A DNA stretch of 64,000 nt from a cyanobacterium endosymbiont of Rhopalodia gibba. GTDB lineage: Bacteria > Cyanobacteriota > Cyanobacteriia > Cyanobacteriales > Microcystaceae. The position numbers were made by a program, and so were the translations under genes. This document shows positions 1 through 11,917 of this stretch, one piece after another; position 1 is the stretch's first letter; each line of letters opens with the position of its first letter. The notes below the pieces were generated by a model. That model was not told where the DNA came from and did no database searches. It worked only from the letters and a program-made list of their open reading frames with translations. The stretch covers positions 1,856,001 to 1,920,000 of the forward strand of contig CP067995.1 of NCBI GenBank assembly GCA_045159875.1. The letters are read 5' to 3'.

Positions 1-834
1 GTATGATTTCAAAAAAAAATGGGATAACTGGGCAAAACTTTATCAACTTATATTTTGATTAGACGAAATAAATTATACTAAGTTGTTGGTTATTTGTTGC
101 AATCTTTGCTGATTGCGCGGAATAGTTTTTCTACGCGTTAAGAACTTTAGAGTCTCTTGAAAACCGGTCGTTTTAGTTCAGAAGATCGTCTCATATTTTA
201 AATTTTTCCCGATAGGGTTATGCTCTTTAGAGAAACTTTTAAGCGCTATTATCCTATGATGAGATGACTTGTTCCTATACCATCACCTGAGAACAAGGCA
301 AAGAGCCACCAGTATTTCTCTAAGCGATCCAAGATCAAGTCACTTCTAAAGAGAAATTTAAACTCACTAATGTTCCATAAAATATAGATATCTATATCTG
401 GTCAGTAATTAATTTTTGAAAGGGAAACTCAAATAATCACAGTTAGAGTCTATCCAGTGGACAAGCGGGTTTATGCACCGAGAGTTTGCCATTCTAAATC
501 TGATTCTGATTTCAGAGCAATGAGAGTCTTTCCTAATGTTCTTAAATTGATTGATCTGTGATATTTTATTAGTCTTGAAAACTTTCAAGTCGCTTGAGGA
601 AAACCAAACCCTTGAGGTGATTGAGCTTGTATTGAAAGATTCTACCTACAAAATCGTTCAATTCCTGTATCCCCTAAAAACTGAGACACCTTTCCCAATC
701 TTGACGATAGAGTTCATCATAGGGGCGTTAGAATAGCGAGGATTAGAATAGGAGGCAATTATAAACGGACGCAAAGACTGAGATACTTCAAGTGCGGCAA
801 TTTCTGTTCTATTGGATTTCATCATAGTTGTCAT
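1..834 (-). pseudogene. Unidentified degraded protein-coding gene (runs off the window edge)
   Basis: ATG at 834; protein-like segments across shifted frames (MTTMMKSNRTEIAALEVSQSLRPFII / YDELYRQDWERCLSF / LGDTGIERFCR*...QAQSPQGFGFPQAT / RTLGKTLIALKSESDLEWQTLGA) with several stops; family not recognised. Confidence 0.5.
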
Positions 835-1010
835 TAATGACTCAATTAAGTCTTGTAGACTAGGGTCAGTAAAATTTATAGTAGTTTAGGCAGTTAGTTA
901 TAGAATGGGGCTACCTACTGTAGCAATTTTTAGAGAAAAATAAGTCTTTATCATTCACAATGATTTTCTTGGGTTTAAAATCTGTTCGTTTACAAAGAAA
1001 AGACTTTTCT

Positions 1011-2060
1011 TTATTTTAAATTTTCTAATCTGATACGAGGATCAACTGCTTTAAGTAATAAATCGGCTAACAAATTCCCCACAATTAACATAGTTGCCCC
1101 CATGGTTAGACTTCCCATAACTAAGTAAAGATCTTGTGCTTGAACTGCTCCTAAAATTAAAGTCCCTAACCCTGGCCAATTAAAGAAAAATTCTGCAATA
1201 AACGATCCCCCTAATAAACTAGCAAACTCGAATCCCAGTAAAGTAATTAAGGGGTTAATGGCATTGCGTAATCCATGAACATAAATAACTTGATTTTCAG
1301 ATAATCCTTTTGCTCGTGCAGTTTGAATATAGTCTTGTCGCATCACATCCAACATCTGTCCACGCGTCAATCGCATTAACCCGGCAAAACTTGTAATACT
1401 TAAAGCAATAGTTGGTAAAATCATGTGCCATCCAATATCAATTATCTTCCCAATGGAAGATAATTCTCGATAATTTAAACTTATCATATCTCCCACAGGT
1501 AAAATAGGGGAAACATTCTGAGCAAAAATTAATAATAATAATGCCGTAATAAAACTAGGAAATCCTTGTCCTAAATAACTAATTACCCGCAGAATTTTAT
1601 CAATCAAACTGTTCTTTTTGACTGCACTTAATATGCCAAGTGGTAAGGCAATTAGCCAAGTTAAAATAATTGAAGCTATGCTCAATAATAATGTTGCTAC
1701 AATTCGTTCATTTAACAGAGAAATAACTGAACGATTAAAGACAAAACTTTCTCCAAAATCAAGATGAGTAACAACTTGAAATAACCATTTACTATACTGA
1801 TCATACCAAGGTTTATCTAATCCAAACCGTTCGGTTAAACTAGCCAAGGTTTCGGCGGAAATATTAGGATTTTGTTTGAGGGTATCAATATAATTACCTG
1901 GGGCAATTTGAATAATAAGAAAACTAAGAAAAGAAGCTAGGAGTAAAGTAAAAAGTCCTTGAAAAATTCGTTTTACAATATATAGATTAGTATCACTTGT
2001 TAAACTTTTTTTTAGCTCTATCAATAGTTTATTGGACTGAAAGGATGAGAAAGAATTCAT
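1011..2060 (-). CDS. Peptide/nickel ABC transporter permease (DppB/OppB family)
   Basis: Multi-TM protein with EAA-type loop DYIQTARAKGLSE, the E.FF.WPGLG motif and C-terminal DPRIR. Confidence 0.9.
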   Translation of the reverse strand: MNSFSSFQSNKLLIELKKSLTSDTNLYIVKRIFQGLFTLLLASFLSFLIIQIAPGNYIDTLKQNPNISAETLASLTERFGLDKPWYDQYSKWLFQVVTHLDFGESFVFNRSVISLLNERIVATLLLSIASIILTWLIALPLGILSAVKKNSLIDKILRVISYLGQGFPSFITALLLLIFAQNVSPILPVGDMISLNYRELSSIGKIIDIGWHMILPTIALSITSFAGLMRLTRGQMLDVMRQDYIQTARAKGLSENQVIYVHGLRNAINPLITLLGFEFASLLGGSFIAEFFFNWPGLGTLILGAVQAQDLYLVMGSLTMGATMLIVGNLLADLLLKAVDPRIRLENLK

Positions 2061-2214
2061 AGGTTAATAAATTTATACACTGTGAATTTCGAATGTTTGT
2101 TAATTATAAATATGTTAGACTGGCAGCAAATAGCCAAATTTTTAAAAGACTTCTGTAGAGAAATTATAAGATAAATCTAAATTAAAAAAGGAAATATAGG
2201 TAAAGTTTATTGTC

Positions 2215-2733
2215 CTAATAATCTACTAGGGTAATGATTGGCACATCAGGAAGTTTTTGGCGACCTTCTAAGGCTTTTAACTCAATGATAAAGGCAAATC
2301 CCAACACCTCACAACCGATTTTCTCTAACAAATCTACTGTTGCTCTAGCAGTTCCTCCCGTAGCAATTAAATCGTCAACAATAAGTACCCTATGATGATC
2401 AGCTAAGGCATCTTGATGAATTTCGAGTTTATCGGTTCCATACTCCAAATTGTACTCAACTTGATGGACTGCTGCCGGAAGTTTACCCGGTTTACGAACA
2501 GGGACAAAACCAGCCTCAAGTTGGTAAGCCAAAGGAACTCCAAATAGAAAGCCGCGAGATTCCATCCCCACAACATGATCGGGCAATAAACTCTGATATT
2601 GACATTTTTGGCATAAGGTATCAATGGTATAGCGTAATCCTTCCTGATTACTGAGCAGAGTAGTAATATCTCGAAACATAACCCCGGGTTTAGGAAAGTC
2701 TGGAATATCCCTAATCAACGCTTTAAGATCCAT
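2215..2733 (-). CDS. apt: Adenine phosphoribosyltransferase
   Basis: [30 protein letters not shown] and PRPP loop [10 protein letters not shown]. Confidence 0.97.
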   Translation of the reverse strand: MDLKALIRDIPDFPKPGVMFRDITTLLSNQEGLRYTIDTLCQKCQYQSLLPDHVVGMESRGFLFGVPLAYQLEAGFVPVRKPGKLPAAVHQVEYNLEYGTDKLEIHQDALADHHRVLIVDDLIATGGTARATVDLLEKIGCEVLGFAFIIELKALEGRQKLPDVPIITLVDY

Positions 2734-3304
2734 AAGTTATATTCTAAATTTGTTCGCAAGAAGTCAAAAATCACTTTAACAGATTGTCAGTATAAGTTCT
2801 TACTTAAAATTTACGCTTTTATCACTGATTAATTTTAGCAATGTATAGAGGATTTTTAGTTCTGAAGAACTAAGTAGAACAATATCCATTTGATAAAAAT
2901 TAATCTCGTCCCAATAAGCAACAGTTATTTGTGGTTAAGTATCTGACAAGCTTTTTCGGTTTTATTCATAAGATTTTTGATAGTTCGTGTAGGTAATTAG
3001 TGGTGTGCTACATCATCCGGTGTTTTTGCGCCCCAAAAATCTACCATCTCAATAAATAACATATCCAGATTTTTTCGAATCTAACTTAGCTAATTTCTAA
3101 AAGATGGTTGTATTTCTTTGTCTGAATATAGATTGTTGAACCTATAATGGATAATCTTTATTCGAATCGAGCATTATTTTTCTGTCCTTTGATACTGGAT
3201 GCCATTCTAACCATTAAGTCAATAGTCAACTAATTGACTCTCTTGCCAGATATAGTTAAAACAGATAACGGACCAATTATCAAAACACTAAGCTATTCTG
3301 TAAG

Positions 3305-3934
3305 ATGAATTCCACTGTTAGTATAATGTCTGATTCGAGTTCTCATACTAAGTTTAAACCTGTGATTTTAGATGTCCTGCCGGATTTTCCTATCTCTGGT
3401 CAGCGATGTGCCGTGCGACTTCAACAACGGATTGATTTATTATTATTGGCGATCGAAGCCTTGGAAAGAGGAGCATCAGAACAGATGCTCAAAACTATTC
3501 AACAACTACAATTACAGGAGATTATTAGAAATAGAATTGTTTTATGGCGGTTGCGATGTACTAATCCTTTGCGGCGTTCCTATACCCGTAAAACCCTAAC
3601 TCTTATTCAAGCCAAAGCATTAGTAATTATTGCAAGCCATCAAGCAAAACCTCTAACCGTTCAGATTCGACAACTTTTGTTAGCTGAACAACAGATGAGA
3701 CAAAAAAGACTACCAGTCAATTGTCATTTCCTGTTAGCGGAATATTTAGAACAATTTCATGCTCATTTTCAGAGTCGGATGAATCCTCGTCGTGCTAAAG
3801 TTTCAGTCTATCTAACTTCTAATGATGAATTAAATAAATTGGCTTTGTTTTTATTAAAACAACTTTTGTTTTGTACGGGAACTACCGGAATGCAAAGATT
3901 TTGGATTAGTTTATTTGATGGAGAGGTCGCATGA
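3305..3934 (+). CDS. DUF3038-family cyanobacterial protein
   Basis: IDLLLLAIEAL, LWRLRCTNPLRR, C-terminal LLFCTGTTGMQRFWISLFDGEV; ATGA overlap with the next gene. Confidence 0.8.
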   Translation: MNSTVSIMSDSSSHTKFKPVILDVLPDFPISGQRCAVRLQQRIDLLLLAIEALERGASEQMLKTIQQLQLQEIIRNRIVLWRLRCTNPLRRSYTRKTLTLIQAKALVIIASHQAKPLTVQIRQLLLAEQQMRQKRLPVNCHFLLAEYLEQFHAHFQSRMNPRRAKVSVYLTSNDELNKLALFLLKQLLFCTGTTGMQRFWISLFDGEVA

Positions 3935-4569
3935 ATATCAAACGACAATATAGCCTACCGAATTGTACCTTAATATTAGAAGGGTTGAGTGATAATTTGA
4001 CTGGAAGTGATTCCCAAGATAATCGCCCTCTTTTATCAATTTTAGTCAATGTTGAATGTCGTTTTGTGGGGACGTCCCAAACACTCCAGGGGGGAAGGAC
4101 GTTTCTAGAAAATTTAGCCAAAGTAGCTAGTGCCTATGCACAAGAATATCTTAGTGGTATCCCTCACCCCCAAGATATCCAAGGAAACGAAGATCTCATT
4201 CGCCTTGAAAAAATTGAAGACACTGATCTTCATCGCTTAAAATGGCAACCTAGTACACAGATAAGTCAATTTTGTGTGGAGTTAGAACTAAACACTGTTC
4301 AGTTATTTGATTTAGTTGAAAGTCTTGATCAATTTTTTACTGATAGTAGAACACTTCCTGATTTTAGCTTGCAGTTACACCCAATATCTCGACGATATCG
4401 TCCCCCTGATGAACCGTTACGACAACGGGCAGTCCCGGCTACATTGGGAATAGGGAGTGTTGCCTTGATGGCTTTAATTTTATTTTTCTTCCCCATTCCC
4501 GAAATCCGTGAACCAGAACCCAAATCACCTGAAACATCCACTAGAACTATTCCTAAAAACAACTTTTGA
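3931..4569 (+). CDS. DUF4335-family cyanobacterial membrane protein
   Basis: RQYSLPNCTLILEGL, YAQEYLSGIPHP, LNTVQLFDLVE..DQF and a C-terminal TM segment; usual partner of DUF3038. Confidence 0.8.
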   Translation: MNIKRQYSLPNCTLILEGLSDNLTGSDSQDNRPLLSILVNVECRFVGTSQTLQGGRTFLENLAKVASAYAQEYLSGIPHPQDIQGNEDLIRLEKIEDTDLHRLKWQPSTQISQFCVELELNTVQLFDLVESLDQFFTDSRTLPDFSLQLHPISRRYRPPDEPLRQRAVPATLGIGSVALMALILFFFPIPEIREPEPKSPETSTRTIPKNNF

Positions 4570-4578
4570 CCTTTTCCC

Positions 4579-5405
4579 AAGATAAGTTCAACAAGATTCA
4601 AAAAGATGATTGTTATTCTCAACATCTAGGTCAAAATACAACAAAGTTGACGATGATCTAAAACAATAATCGCTAACGACAGGAGGTAAGTCAAACTAGC
4701 ATTTTAACCATAAATCAAGATCCGATTTTTTCAGTAAATAAATATGAACAATTAGGTTAACAAAACAGTTAAAAACACTTCAATTTTTTAACTATTCTAT
4801 CTGAGACATACTTCTAAACTAGTTATCTTTAATCAAAGAACGTTGACAAAAGTAAATTCTATCGAGGGGTTTCACAAACTTTTACTTCATCTACTGTCGA
4901 TGGCAAAAAATTCAAGTAATTTTTTGCCTATCAAACTTTTTAGAAAGTTCTTGAGGAATATATACTCTTAAATTCTTGATGCCATACAACAGAATTTTTG
5001 TCTAATTCAACTAAATCTTCATAAACTAGGTGTGCTCTTCTGTGAAATTAATTACAGAATCATACCGAAGTAGGACAGTACAATAAAATCATTGCCCTGG
5101 GCATAAGTTCTACAAAACAATTGTAGTTCACTAGATGTAGAACAGGCTTTTTTGCAATGGGTAAGAATCCGTAATGTATGAAATTCTTTAAGGCTTCAAT
5201 ATCCTGAGCAAGAACAAGCGATTACAATGATGACAACTTCATCTGTTCTCATTTTTTGTGAAAGTGATCTAGATTATAAAATCTTTCCGTAAGATTTAAG
5301 ACGAGATTGTAGGTCCATAGCACCAGACCTTGATTGATAAATATTACTTCTGGCATAGAGCTGTTACTCCTTTTTCACTCCTTAAATTTTCATCAAATTC
5401 ACATT
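4579..5405 (-). mobile_element. IS982-family insertion sequence fossil, copy 1 (near full length, internal deletions)
   Basis: Minus-strand frames give MRTDEVVIIVIA.., LHLVNYNCFVELMPRAM, KNSVVWH, QRSLIK..SQIE, matching IS982 transposase motifs (M.LSEVMTIVIAFH, LVSYNRFVELMP, KNSVGWH.GFK, RSLIETVNDQLKNISQIEH). Degenerate terminal IRs at ~5389-5405 and ~4579-4595. Confidence 0.8.
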
Positions 5406-5889
5406 TTCCCAACACCCTAAAATTCTTTTCAGAAAAGTATAAATTAACAAATATTGACTTAACTCCTACTTTATGATTAGTAACGTAAAAGGAGACTAAA
5501 TGTAGAATAAGCTAAATAAGTAACCCTAATCCTCTAGGACAATATCTTCATTAAGAATTTGGTTGTGAAATTCTCTGGATTACTCAGGTTACCCTTTAGG
5601 GACTTTTTTGTGGGAATGAATAGTTACTTTCATGGCTTCACTTTCTCGTCTAGATAGTCTTCAATTTACTAAATTTCTCTCTGTTATAGTTTTAATTTGC
5701 TCAAGTTCTATATCAAAACCTTCTTAAAATATTTGTTTTAGCCTAGACTATTTTAAATTTCCATTAGATTAGATATTAATCTTAATTGTCAACTTCTGAA
5801 CATATTTCCATCAATGGTTGAGCTTATCAGCTAAATTATGCTATATCTAGATATCTTGAAAGGGTAAATCATTAGGGATAAATTCAAGA

Positions 5890-6288
5890 ATGACAAAATT
5901 GGGAACTCATTTGATTGTCGACGCTTGGCAAGCACCATCAGATCTCCTCAACGACCCCGAACGAATTCGCCATGCACTCTTAGAAGGAATTACTGCAGGG
6001 GAGGCAACCCTGATTGATTTATGTGTTCATCATTTTAGTCCTCACGGTGTTACTGCCACAGCAACTTTAGCTGAGTCCCATATTGCTATTCATACTTGGC
6101 CTGAATACGGTTATTTTGCAGCCGATTTATTTTTCTGTGGACGAGGTGATCCAGAACAAGCTTTAGCTATCTTAAAAACTGCTTTGCAAGCTCAACAAGT
6201 TCAAGTAAAAATCATTGAACGAGGGTTTCCTAACTTACTTGATCACGATCCCTCTCTTACCACTACTATTTGTCAAAGTGTTGCTTAG
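5890..6288 (+). CDS. speD: S-adenosylmethionine decarboxylase proenzyme
   Basis: FSPHGVT, self-cleavage motif LAESHIAIHTWPE, D.F.CG. Confidence 0.92.
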   Translation: MTKLGTHLIVDAWQAPSDLLNDPERIRHALLEGITAGEATLIDLCVHHFSPHGVTATATLAESHIAIHTWPEYGYFAADLFFCGRGDPEQALAILKTALQAQQVQVKIIERGFPNLLDHDPSLTTTICQSVA

Positions 6289-7239
6289 AGGTTATTAGAT
6301 AAATCTTAAAAGGGATAAAAGTCTTCTAACTCGTGATATACAGCAAATTCTCTTGTCAATGACTATGCTATATAACTTAGTCATCGCCTAACTCATGCTA
6401 CCAAAAAATTAAATGTTTTGTTTATAAATAAACTCTTGATTCTTAATTATTAATTTTATCTAGAGACTTTTGTAGATAAGATTTCTATTTTTTGTTTTAG
6501 GTTAGATTGTTGAATCATTCATTAAGTTTAATGTCTAACTATAAAGCGTCTTTTTTTGATAAGTCTATATTTAGAGAAAACTAATTACTTGACAAAAAAA
6601 ATAAATTTAAAAGTTGGTTTAGTTATGGACAGTCACTGGTTTTTTAAAATTAAATTTCTTTCTTTTAAGAAAGACAAAAAATCTAGACTTTAGGGAGGAT
6701 GAAAAAAATTTAAGATGTTACTAATTTCTTGGTTTTAATTTCTCTTTAAAATTTTTGTCCTATTATTTCTAATTTCTATGACCATCAATCATTATTAAAA
6801 TTTACAATTAATAAAAAATTATTGGTACTATAAACTATAGCTAAATTTCCTGGGGTGTTATTTGATTGAAATTTAACTACAAAAATAATTAACTTTTCTA
6901 GTAGATAGATTATTAATAGTAATAATCTAAGTGGTTTCAGGTAAAATATAAGGAAGTAGTCAAGCTATTTTACTTCCTAAAAAGAAGCTTAAAATACTTT
7001 ACTAGGAAAATACATAATAACTAGCAATTTTTTAGCTTAATAATTGAAAATAAAAAAATATAAAATAGACAATTAAAATAGATATTTTTTCCTAAAAAAC
7101 CGTTATTTCTTTTATAAAGAAAATAGTTTACCGTAAATTATCTCACATCTTAATTAATATTTAAAAAATATATAATTCGCTTTTTTAGTCAGGATAATTA
7201 CCCTAGTTTTAGTAAATCAATAGCTTGTCGAGGGTAATC

Positions 7240-8470
7240 ATGCTGTAATTCTGAAGAACGATCAGCTGTAAAAATTAAGAGGAGTACACGACTTTCTATT
7301 ACTTCAATTACCATCTTATAGTTTAAAGAAGTGAATAGTTAAAGAGGCGAGATCAGTGGGAAAGAAAATCTCATACCTTAGTGAAAGGATTAAATAGTTA
7401 CAACGAAAAGGAGTTAAGATTTTCACAGGAGTTGCTACTATTACTTTCTGCTTTTGCTGTTGTTTTATCAAATCAGTAGGATTAAAAGAGAAATAGCACG
7501 ATCTCTTAGCAGATCTTGATGTTAATAACATTACCAATTTACAAGGTATGATCGCCAATGCTTCTAAACAAATATGTGGATGTCATAGGTCATGATATCA
7601 ATGTTTGTGATAACTTGAATTCTGAAAGAACGGAAATAATATAAAATTGAATATTGAAGCATCGATATAGCTGTTTTATCAAGTAAAATTGCCGATTCGT
7701 TTCCCTTTTTACTAACTACACAATTTTCCATAGTCATCGCAATGAGTTTACTCATTTCCAGATTACCCTACCTATTAGAGACTAAAAAATAGTCCGTTCA
7801 GATTTAGCCATTGCAGGGGCAATGTTCGATATTGACACGTAAACAAGGGTTTTCAAAACTATTTTGATCGCGGCTGTCTAAGGGTAAGGAAAAATGTGGT
7901 CTAATGGGCTGTTGACCTTGATAAACATTATGTTTTTAAATCCACTATCAAAGAGGGCTATTGTCCAATTCTTAAAAAACATTCAGGGACCAAAGCCGTT
8001 AAGATAGTTTATGAAGAAGGTAGTATAAGACTCACTAAAAATATAGAAGTTATACTTTCAGAACAACAAAAATCATGAAGAAAGCCAGCTAATCGTTACC
8101 AATCAGAGAAATAATTTATCACGAGGCGATTATTTCTTATCAAATAGGAATTACAGTTATTCTCGGTTTTAAAAATGTTATCGATAAAATTAAAATTCAT
8201 CATAAGATAACCATTTGTTGTAATAAAGAAAATGAAGGTATAGTTTATCAAGGGTTATTATTCTTTCAAGTTAAGGAAACTTATTTAGATAATTTATCCT
8301 AAACTCTTACTGCAATTTTAATGAGTGTGAGCAGCTGTAAAAAAGCATTATCTTTAGCAGTAATATCCGCACAAGGTATGGGTTTAGCCTGTTAAATTTA
8401 TGATTGCAGGCTATTGTATTACAACTCATTCTTTGGCGTTGTTAACGTTTAATTAAATTTGAAGATAAGA
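7240..8470 (+). pseudogene. ppsA: Phosphoenolpyruvate synthase pseudogene (many stops and frameshifts, large deletions)
   Basis: Colinear remnants: KGVKIFTGVAT, DLDVNNITNL, DIAVLSS, VRSDLAIAGAMFDIDT, YVFKSTIKEGYCPIL..GTKAVKIVYE, MKKAS.IVTNQ, GIVYQGLL.FQVKETYLDNL, GMGLA; C-terminal domain mostly missing. Confidence 0.88.
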
Positions 8471-8707
8471 TGGAGATACTATTCCCCTTTCATTATATTC
8501 AGTTCCGGACTATAAATTGGGAGAAAAACACAGATATAGTCTTTTTTTTTTCATTATTTTAGTGGTCTAAACAATTCTTCATGCGTATATAAACTGATTA
8601 GAAAGTATCACAATAAGTCGTTAACTTGGTATTTGGTTTGATTAAAGCTACAATAGCAGTTATTTTTGTTCCCCGATTAGATAAAATAGACCTAATTCAA
8701 AATAAAG

Positions 8708-9124
8708 ATGACTGATATGGAACACGGTCTTTTGTGGTTACCCTTACTAATTGTTTTCTTCTCGTTAGCTTGGAGTGGTAAAAATGAATATCATAAACTA
8801 GAAGCATATCGTCAATGGGCAAAAAATTTTGATCAGGCAAAATATGATATTTACTCAATTGTTGGGGTTAAAGAAAAACAAATAACTTGGGGAAAGCCAA
8901 CGCGATTACTTCCACAAAACTTACCTTCATTTTCTCTAGAAGATGTCACGGGCATTCGTCTATTAGTCAATAATTGTCCGGTCGACATCAATACCTTACC
9001 TAAAAAAGGAAATCCAACTATAGAATTCAGTTTTACAGGTAATAAAGCTCCGATAAAAATACCTTTTACCGAAATTGACTTGGCAGTAAAATGGCTAAAG
9101 TTTCTAGAAAATCTCAAAAAATAA
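8708..9124 (+). CDS. Conserved cyanobacterial hypothetical membrane-anchored protein
   Basis: MEHGLLWLPLL..LAWSG.NEY.KLEAY..WA..FD.AKYDIY resembles a widespread cyanobacterial hypothetical family. Confidence 0.75.
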   Translation: MTDMEHGLLWLPLLIVFFSLAWSGKNEYHKLEAYRQWAKNFDQAKYDIYSIVGVKEKQITWGKPTRLLPQNLPSFSLEDVTGIRLLVNNCPVDINTLPKKGNPTIEFSFTGNKAPIKIPFTEIDLAVKWLKFLENLKK

Positions 9125-9759
9125 TTAACATTAGCCACTGAATTAATATAGTATCATTGTCAATGATAAAGTACTATAAAATCATAAAAATCAAGTCAGT
9201 TTAAATCTAAATTATTAGTCGTAAATTAATATGCTAAATATTTATGTTGACAGATATTTTTTTAAAAAACCTGTTTTATGTTTCACTGTTAAAAACATAG
9301 TAAATATTACAGTAAAAATTGGCAATTTATCTAATTCAACAAACATACCATGTAGTCTATGTAATCTATTATGTAATTTTATTACTCAGATAATTGATCT
9401 CAACTCTATAAAGATAAATTATTAGCATTTAGCAAGTTAAAATCATATTGGCTACACTGAATCTAAAAAAATTAACTTCAATAATAATTGAGTATTTTTT
9501 CGATGACACTCTCTTAATCTATATGACATCTGTACATTATCTTTACTTGGTCTAGTCTTAAGAAAGAATTTTGTTTACTAAAGTGATGGAAACGTTTGAG
9601 TTTAATTTCAATTAGGTAGAATGCAGAGGCTAGCGACCTTCTACTCTAGAAGATAGACTATAAAGTTCAACCAATAGATAAATTAATTTAAGAAATTTAT
9701 CTAATTTAAGTTATTTTTTTAAGAAGTAAATAACAAAAGAAGTTCTTTTTATTTATGAG

Positions 9760-10580
9760 TAAAATTAACAAAATAAGCTCTAATTATTAGAGATGATTTT
9801 GGAGGTGGTTACTCAAGATTTAGCTCTTTCTTTCGTTAAGCTTTAAAAAGCAGATTTAAAAACTAGAAAATCTGTACCTTTTTGACGAAAGCCTAAAAGC
9901 TACTTAAATCTACAGAATTACCTGATTTTAAATTAGATAAGGTAGTATTCTCAGGACAAAAAGCATTTTCATTATTTCAGTTATCAGTAACTTAACCAAG
10001 TTATGGAGAGCTTTAGGGGAATTAGGAGCAGTATGAAGAAGAGGAAAACCTAAACCTCCTAAGTCTGTTTCTAAGGCGACTATTTTTTCCCCGTCTAATC
10101 TATTACGTAATTCTCCATAAGCAATCAAAAGAATTTCAGGGTGATTTTCTCGAATTTGTAGGATGCAATCAGCTGTAAAAATATACCAATCGGTAGAAAT
10201 CTTTTCTAACTTAGATTGTAGACAATTTTGGGCACGTTTACTTTTTACTCACGTTTACTTTTTACTTTTGTCCAGGATATATTCTCAGCTTCTGCTATAT
10301 CCCAATTATAAGTTTAAGCAAATTTTCCTAAACAAAAATTTATGTTTTTTACCCAGGGTTTTCAACCAAAGTTTCCCCCTACCATAGAGGAACTGGTAAC
10401 GGGTGTATAGAGAAACTTCCCTAAAAATATTGTAGAAAGGTCAACTTCATTTTTATTGAGCTATAATTCTAGCAAACAGCTATGAGTAAACCGATAATGG
10501 TCTAATCAATTACTGAGAGCGCGAAATTGTAAGTACTTTTTCCAGACAAACTTACAAGTGGTCATCTCTGCGCGTCTGGA
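9760..10580 (-). pseudogene. Unidentified degraded gene
   Basis: Long protein-like stretches (RYQFLYGRGKLWLKTLGK; KLEKISTDWYIFTADCILQIRENHPEILLIAYGELRNRLDGEKIVALETDLGGLGFPLLHTAP; LGFRQKGTDFLVLNLLF) broken by stops and a 17-nt tandem duplication. Confidence 0.6.
10233..10266. repeat. Perfect 17-nt tandem duplication (CACGTTTACTTTTTACT x2)
   Basis: Read directly; causes a frameshift in the surrounding pseudogene. Confidence 0.95.
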
Positions 10581-11431
10581 TGTTGCTCATTACAGTTATC
10601 TGTAATTTAGTCACTCGTCATTGACGAGTAACAAGTTTTTTAGTCAAAGGAAGTTAACCATTACTATTTTTTTATATTTTCTTATTTCTATCATTTATAA
10701 ACTTATTCTTTTATTTTAAATAACTAACATTACATAATCTTTAAGTATTATTTCTATTTTTTATTCATTCATTTCTTCTTTTGTCGTATTTTTTAGAGTC
10801 AACTATTACTTCTAGTAATTTAAATATTAACGATTAAACTTTGTATTTAGATTTTTTTTACACGACGAATTTAGTATAGCTTACAATAAAACTACCGTAA
10901 TGATATTTGAAGATAAAAATGATTTATCTCAGGTAGTTAAACAAACTTTTTTCCCAAAAAAACATGCCACAAAAAATATGTAAAAACAATATAAATTAAT
11001 CACCAAATACTTCTTGTATAAGAAAATTTATTTTTTAAAACTCTTAATGTATTCAAAAAATAAATTATTTACTGTTAATTACTTTCAGGTTACTCTAAAT
11101 TTTTTTAAAGGTCTCTTAGAAATCTTTGAAAAAAAATAATACCATATTCCTCGTGAATGGACTAAGATAGCAATAAAATCAGAGTTTTTTCTAGAAAATA
11201 GTTAAATTAAATATCTGAATTCTACAAAAAATTTCGTCGGATTTGTTGAAATTATTATCTTTTTCTATACTTAAACACTTAATTAATTATTACTACTTAA
11301 AAACCTTCTACTTAATTTGATTTCTTAGATGGAAAAAAATGAGTTAACTCATAAATACACCGACATGAAATAAAACAAATATCTACCATCAACAACAACT
11401 ATAACTGTATTACTCTTGCTGTTTCCTCATC

Positions 11432-11491
11432 ACAGGACAGTTGTTTTGTTCTTAATTTCATCAGTGACAGTTACGAAACTGTCCTGTTTTT
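11432..11491 (+). terminator. Terminator-like hairpin with no evident upstream gene
   Basis: 11-bp arms ACAGGACAGTT/AACTGTCCTGT (34-nt loop) followed by a T run. Confidence 0.4.
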
Positions 11492-11553
11492 CTTGCCTAT
11501 AAAAAATAACATACAGTAGAATGTGTCTAGATTCGGTACCAATTCGATGAATC

Positions 11554-11623
11554 GTGGTGTGAGAAAAGTAAGTAGAAGAGCATTTGGGGTCGAAACATGG
11601 CGAGACTCCCAGGTGCTTTTCTC
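11554..11623 (+). ncRNA. yfr2: Probable Yfr2-family cyanobacterial sRNA
   Basis: 5' GTGGTGTGAG (complementary to the Yfr1-type CUCACACCAC motif) followed by an ~18-bp stem with G-U pairs (AGAAGAGCATTTGGGGTC/GACTCCCAGGTGCTTTTCT) and loop GAAACATGGCGA; TAGAAT -10-like box at 11517-11522. Family assignment from recalled consensus. Confidence 0.6.
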
Positions 11624-11917
11624 GTCAGAGTAGTAAGTACTAGTTTCAGATACAGTACCAGTTGTACTGAGCCTTTATTAAGTGGTTAACTTAAAATTCG
11701 GTTTTCGGAATTAAAACGGGATTTAGGATGTTAAGTTACTCGTCAAACAGTCTCATAGTGAGTGTTCAGCCTGATTATAGATAGAAGGTCCTAATCGTAT
11801 AGAAGAAAATCTATAGATGTTGTCTTCGGTCTTGGCAGTTCAAGATCGCTCATCATGATGATCCAAAACATTTCTCAATGAAAGTACTTTGGACAACCTA
11901 TTACTAAATGATAGCCA

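Noticed and set aside
5250..5356. Apparent novel ORF start (GGAG..ATG CCA GAA) on the minus strand
   Set aside because: It lies inside the IS982 fossil; the transposase remnants are read in other frames
11625..11900. Riboswitch or omega/HEARO RNA in the glpK leader
   Set aside because: No TPP, cobalamin, glutamine, Moco or IscB-associated consensus recognised; only small hairpins
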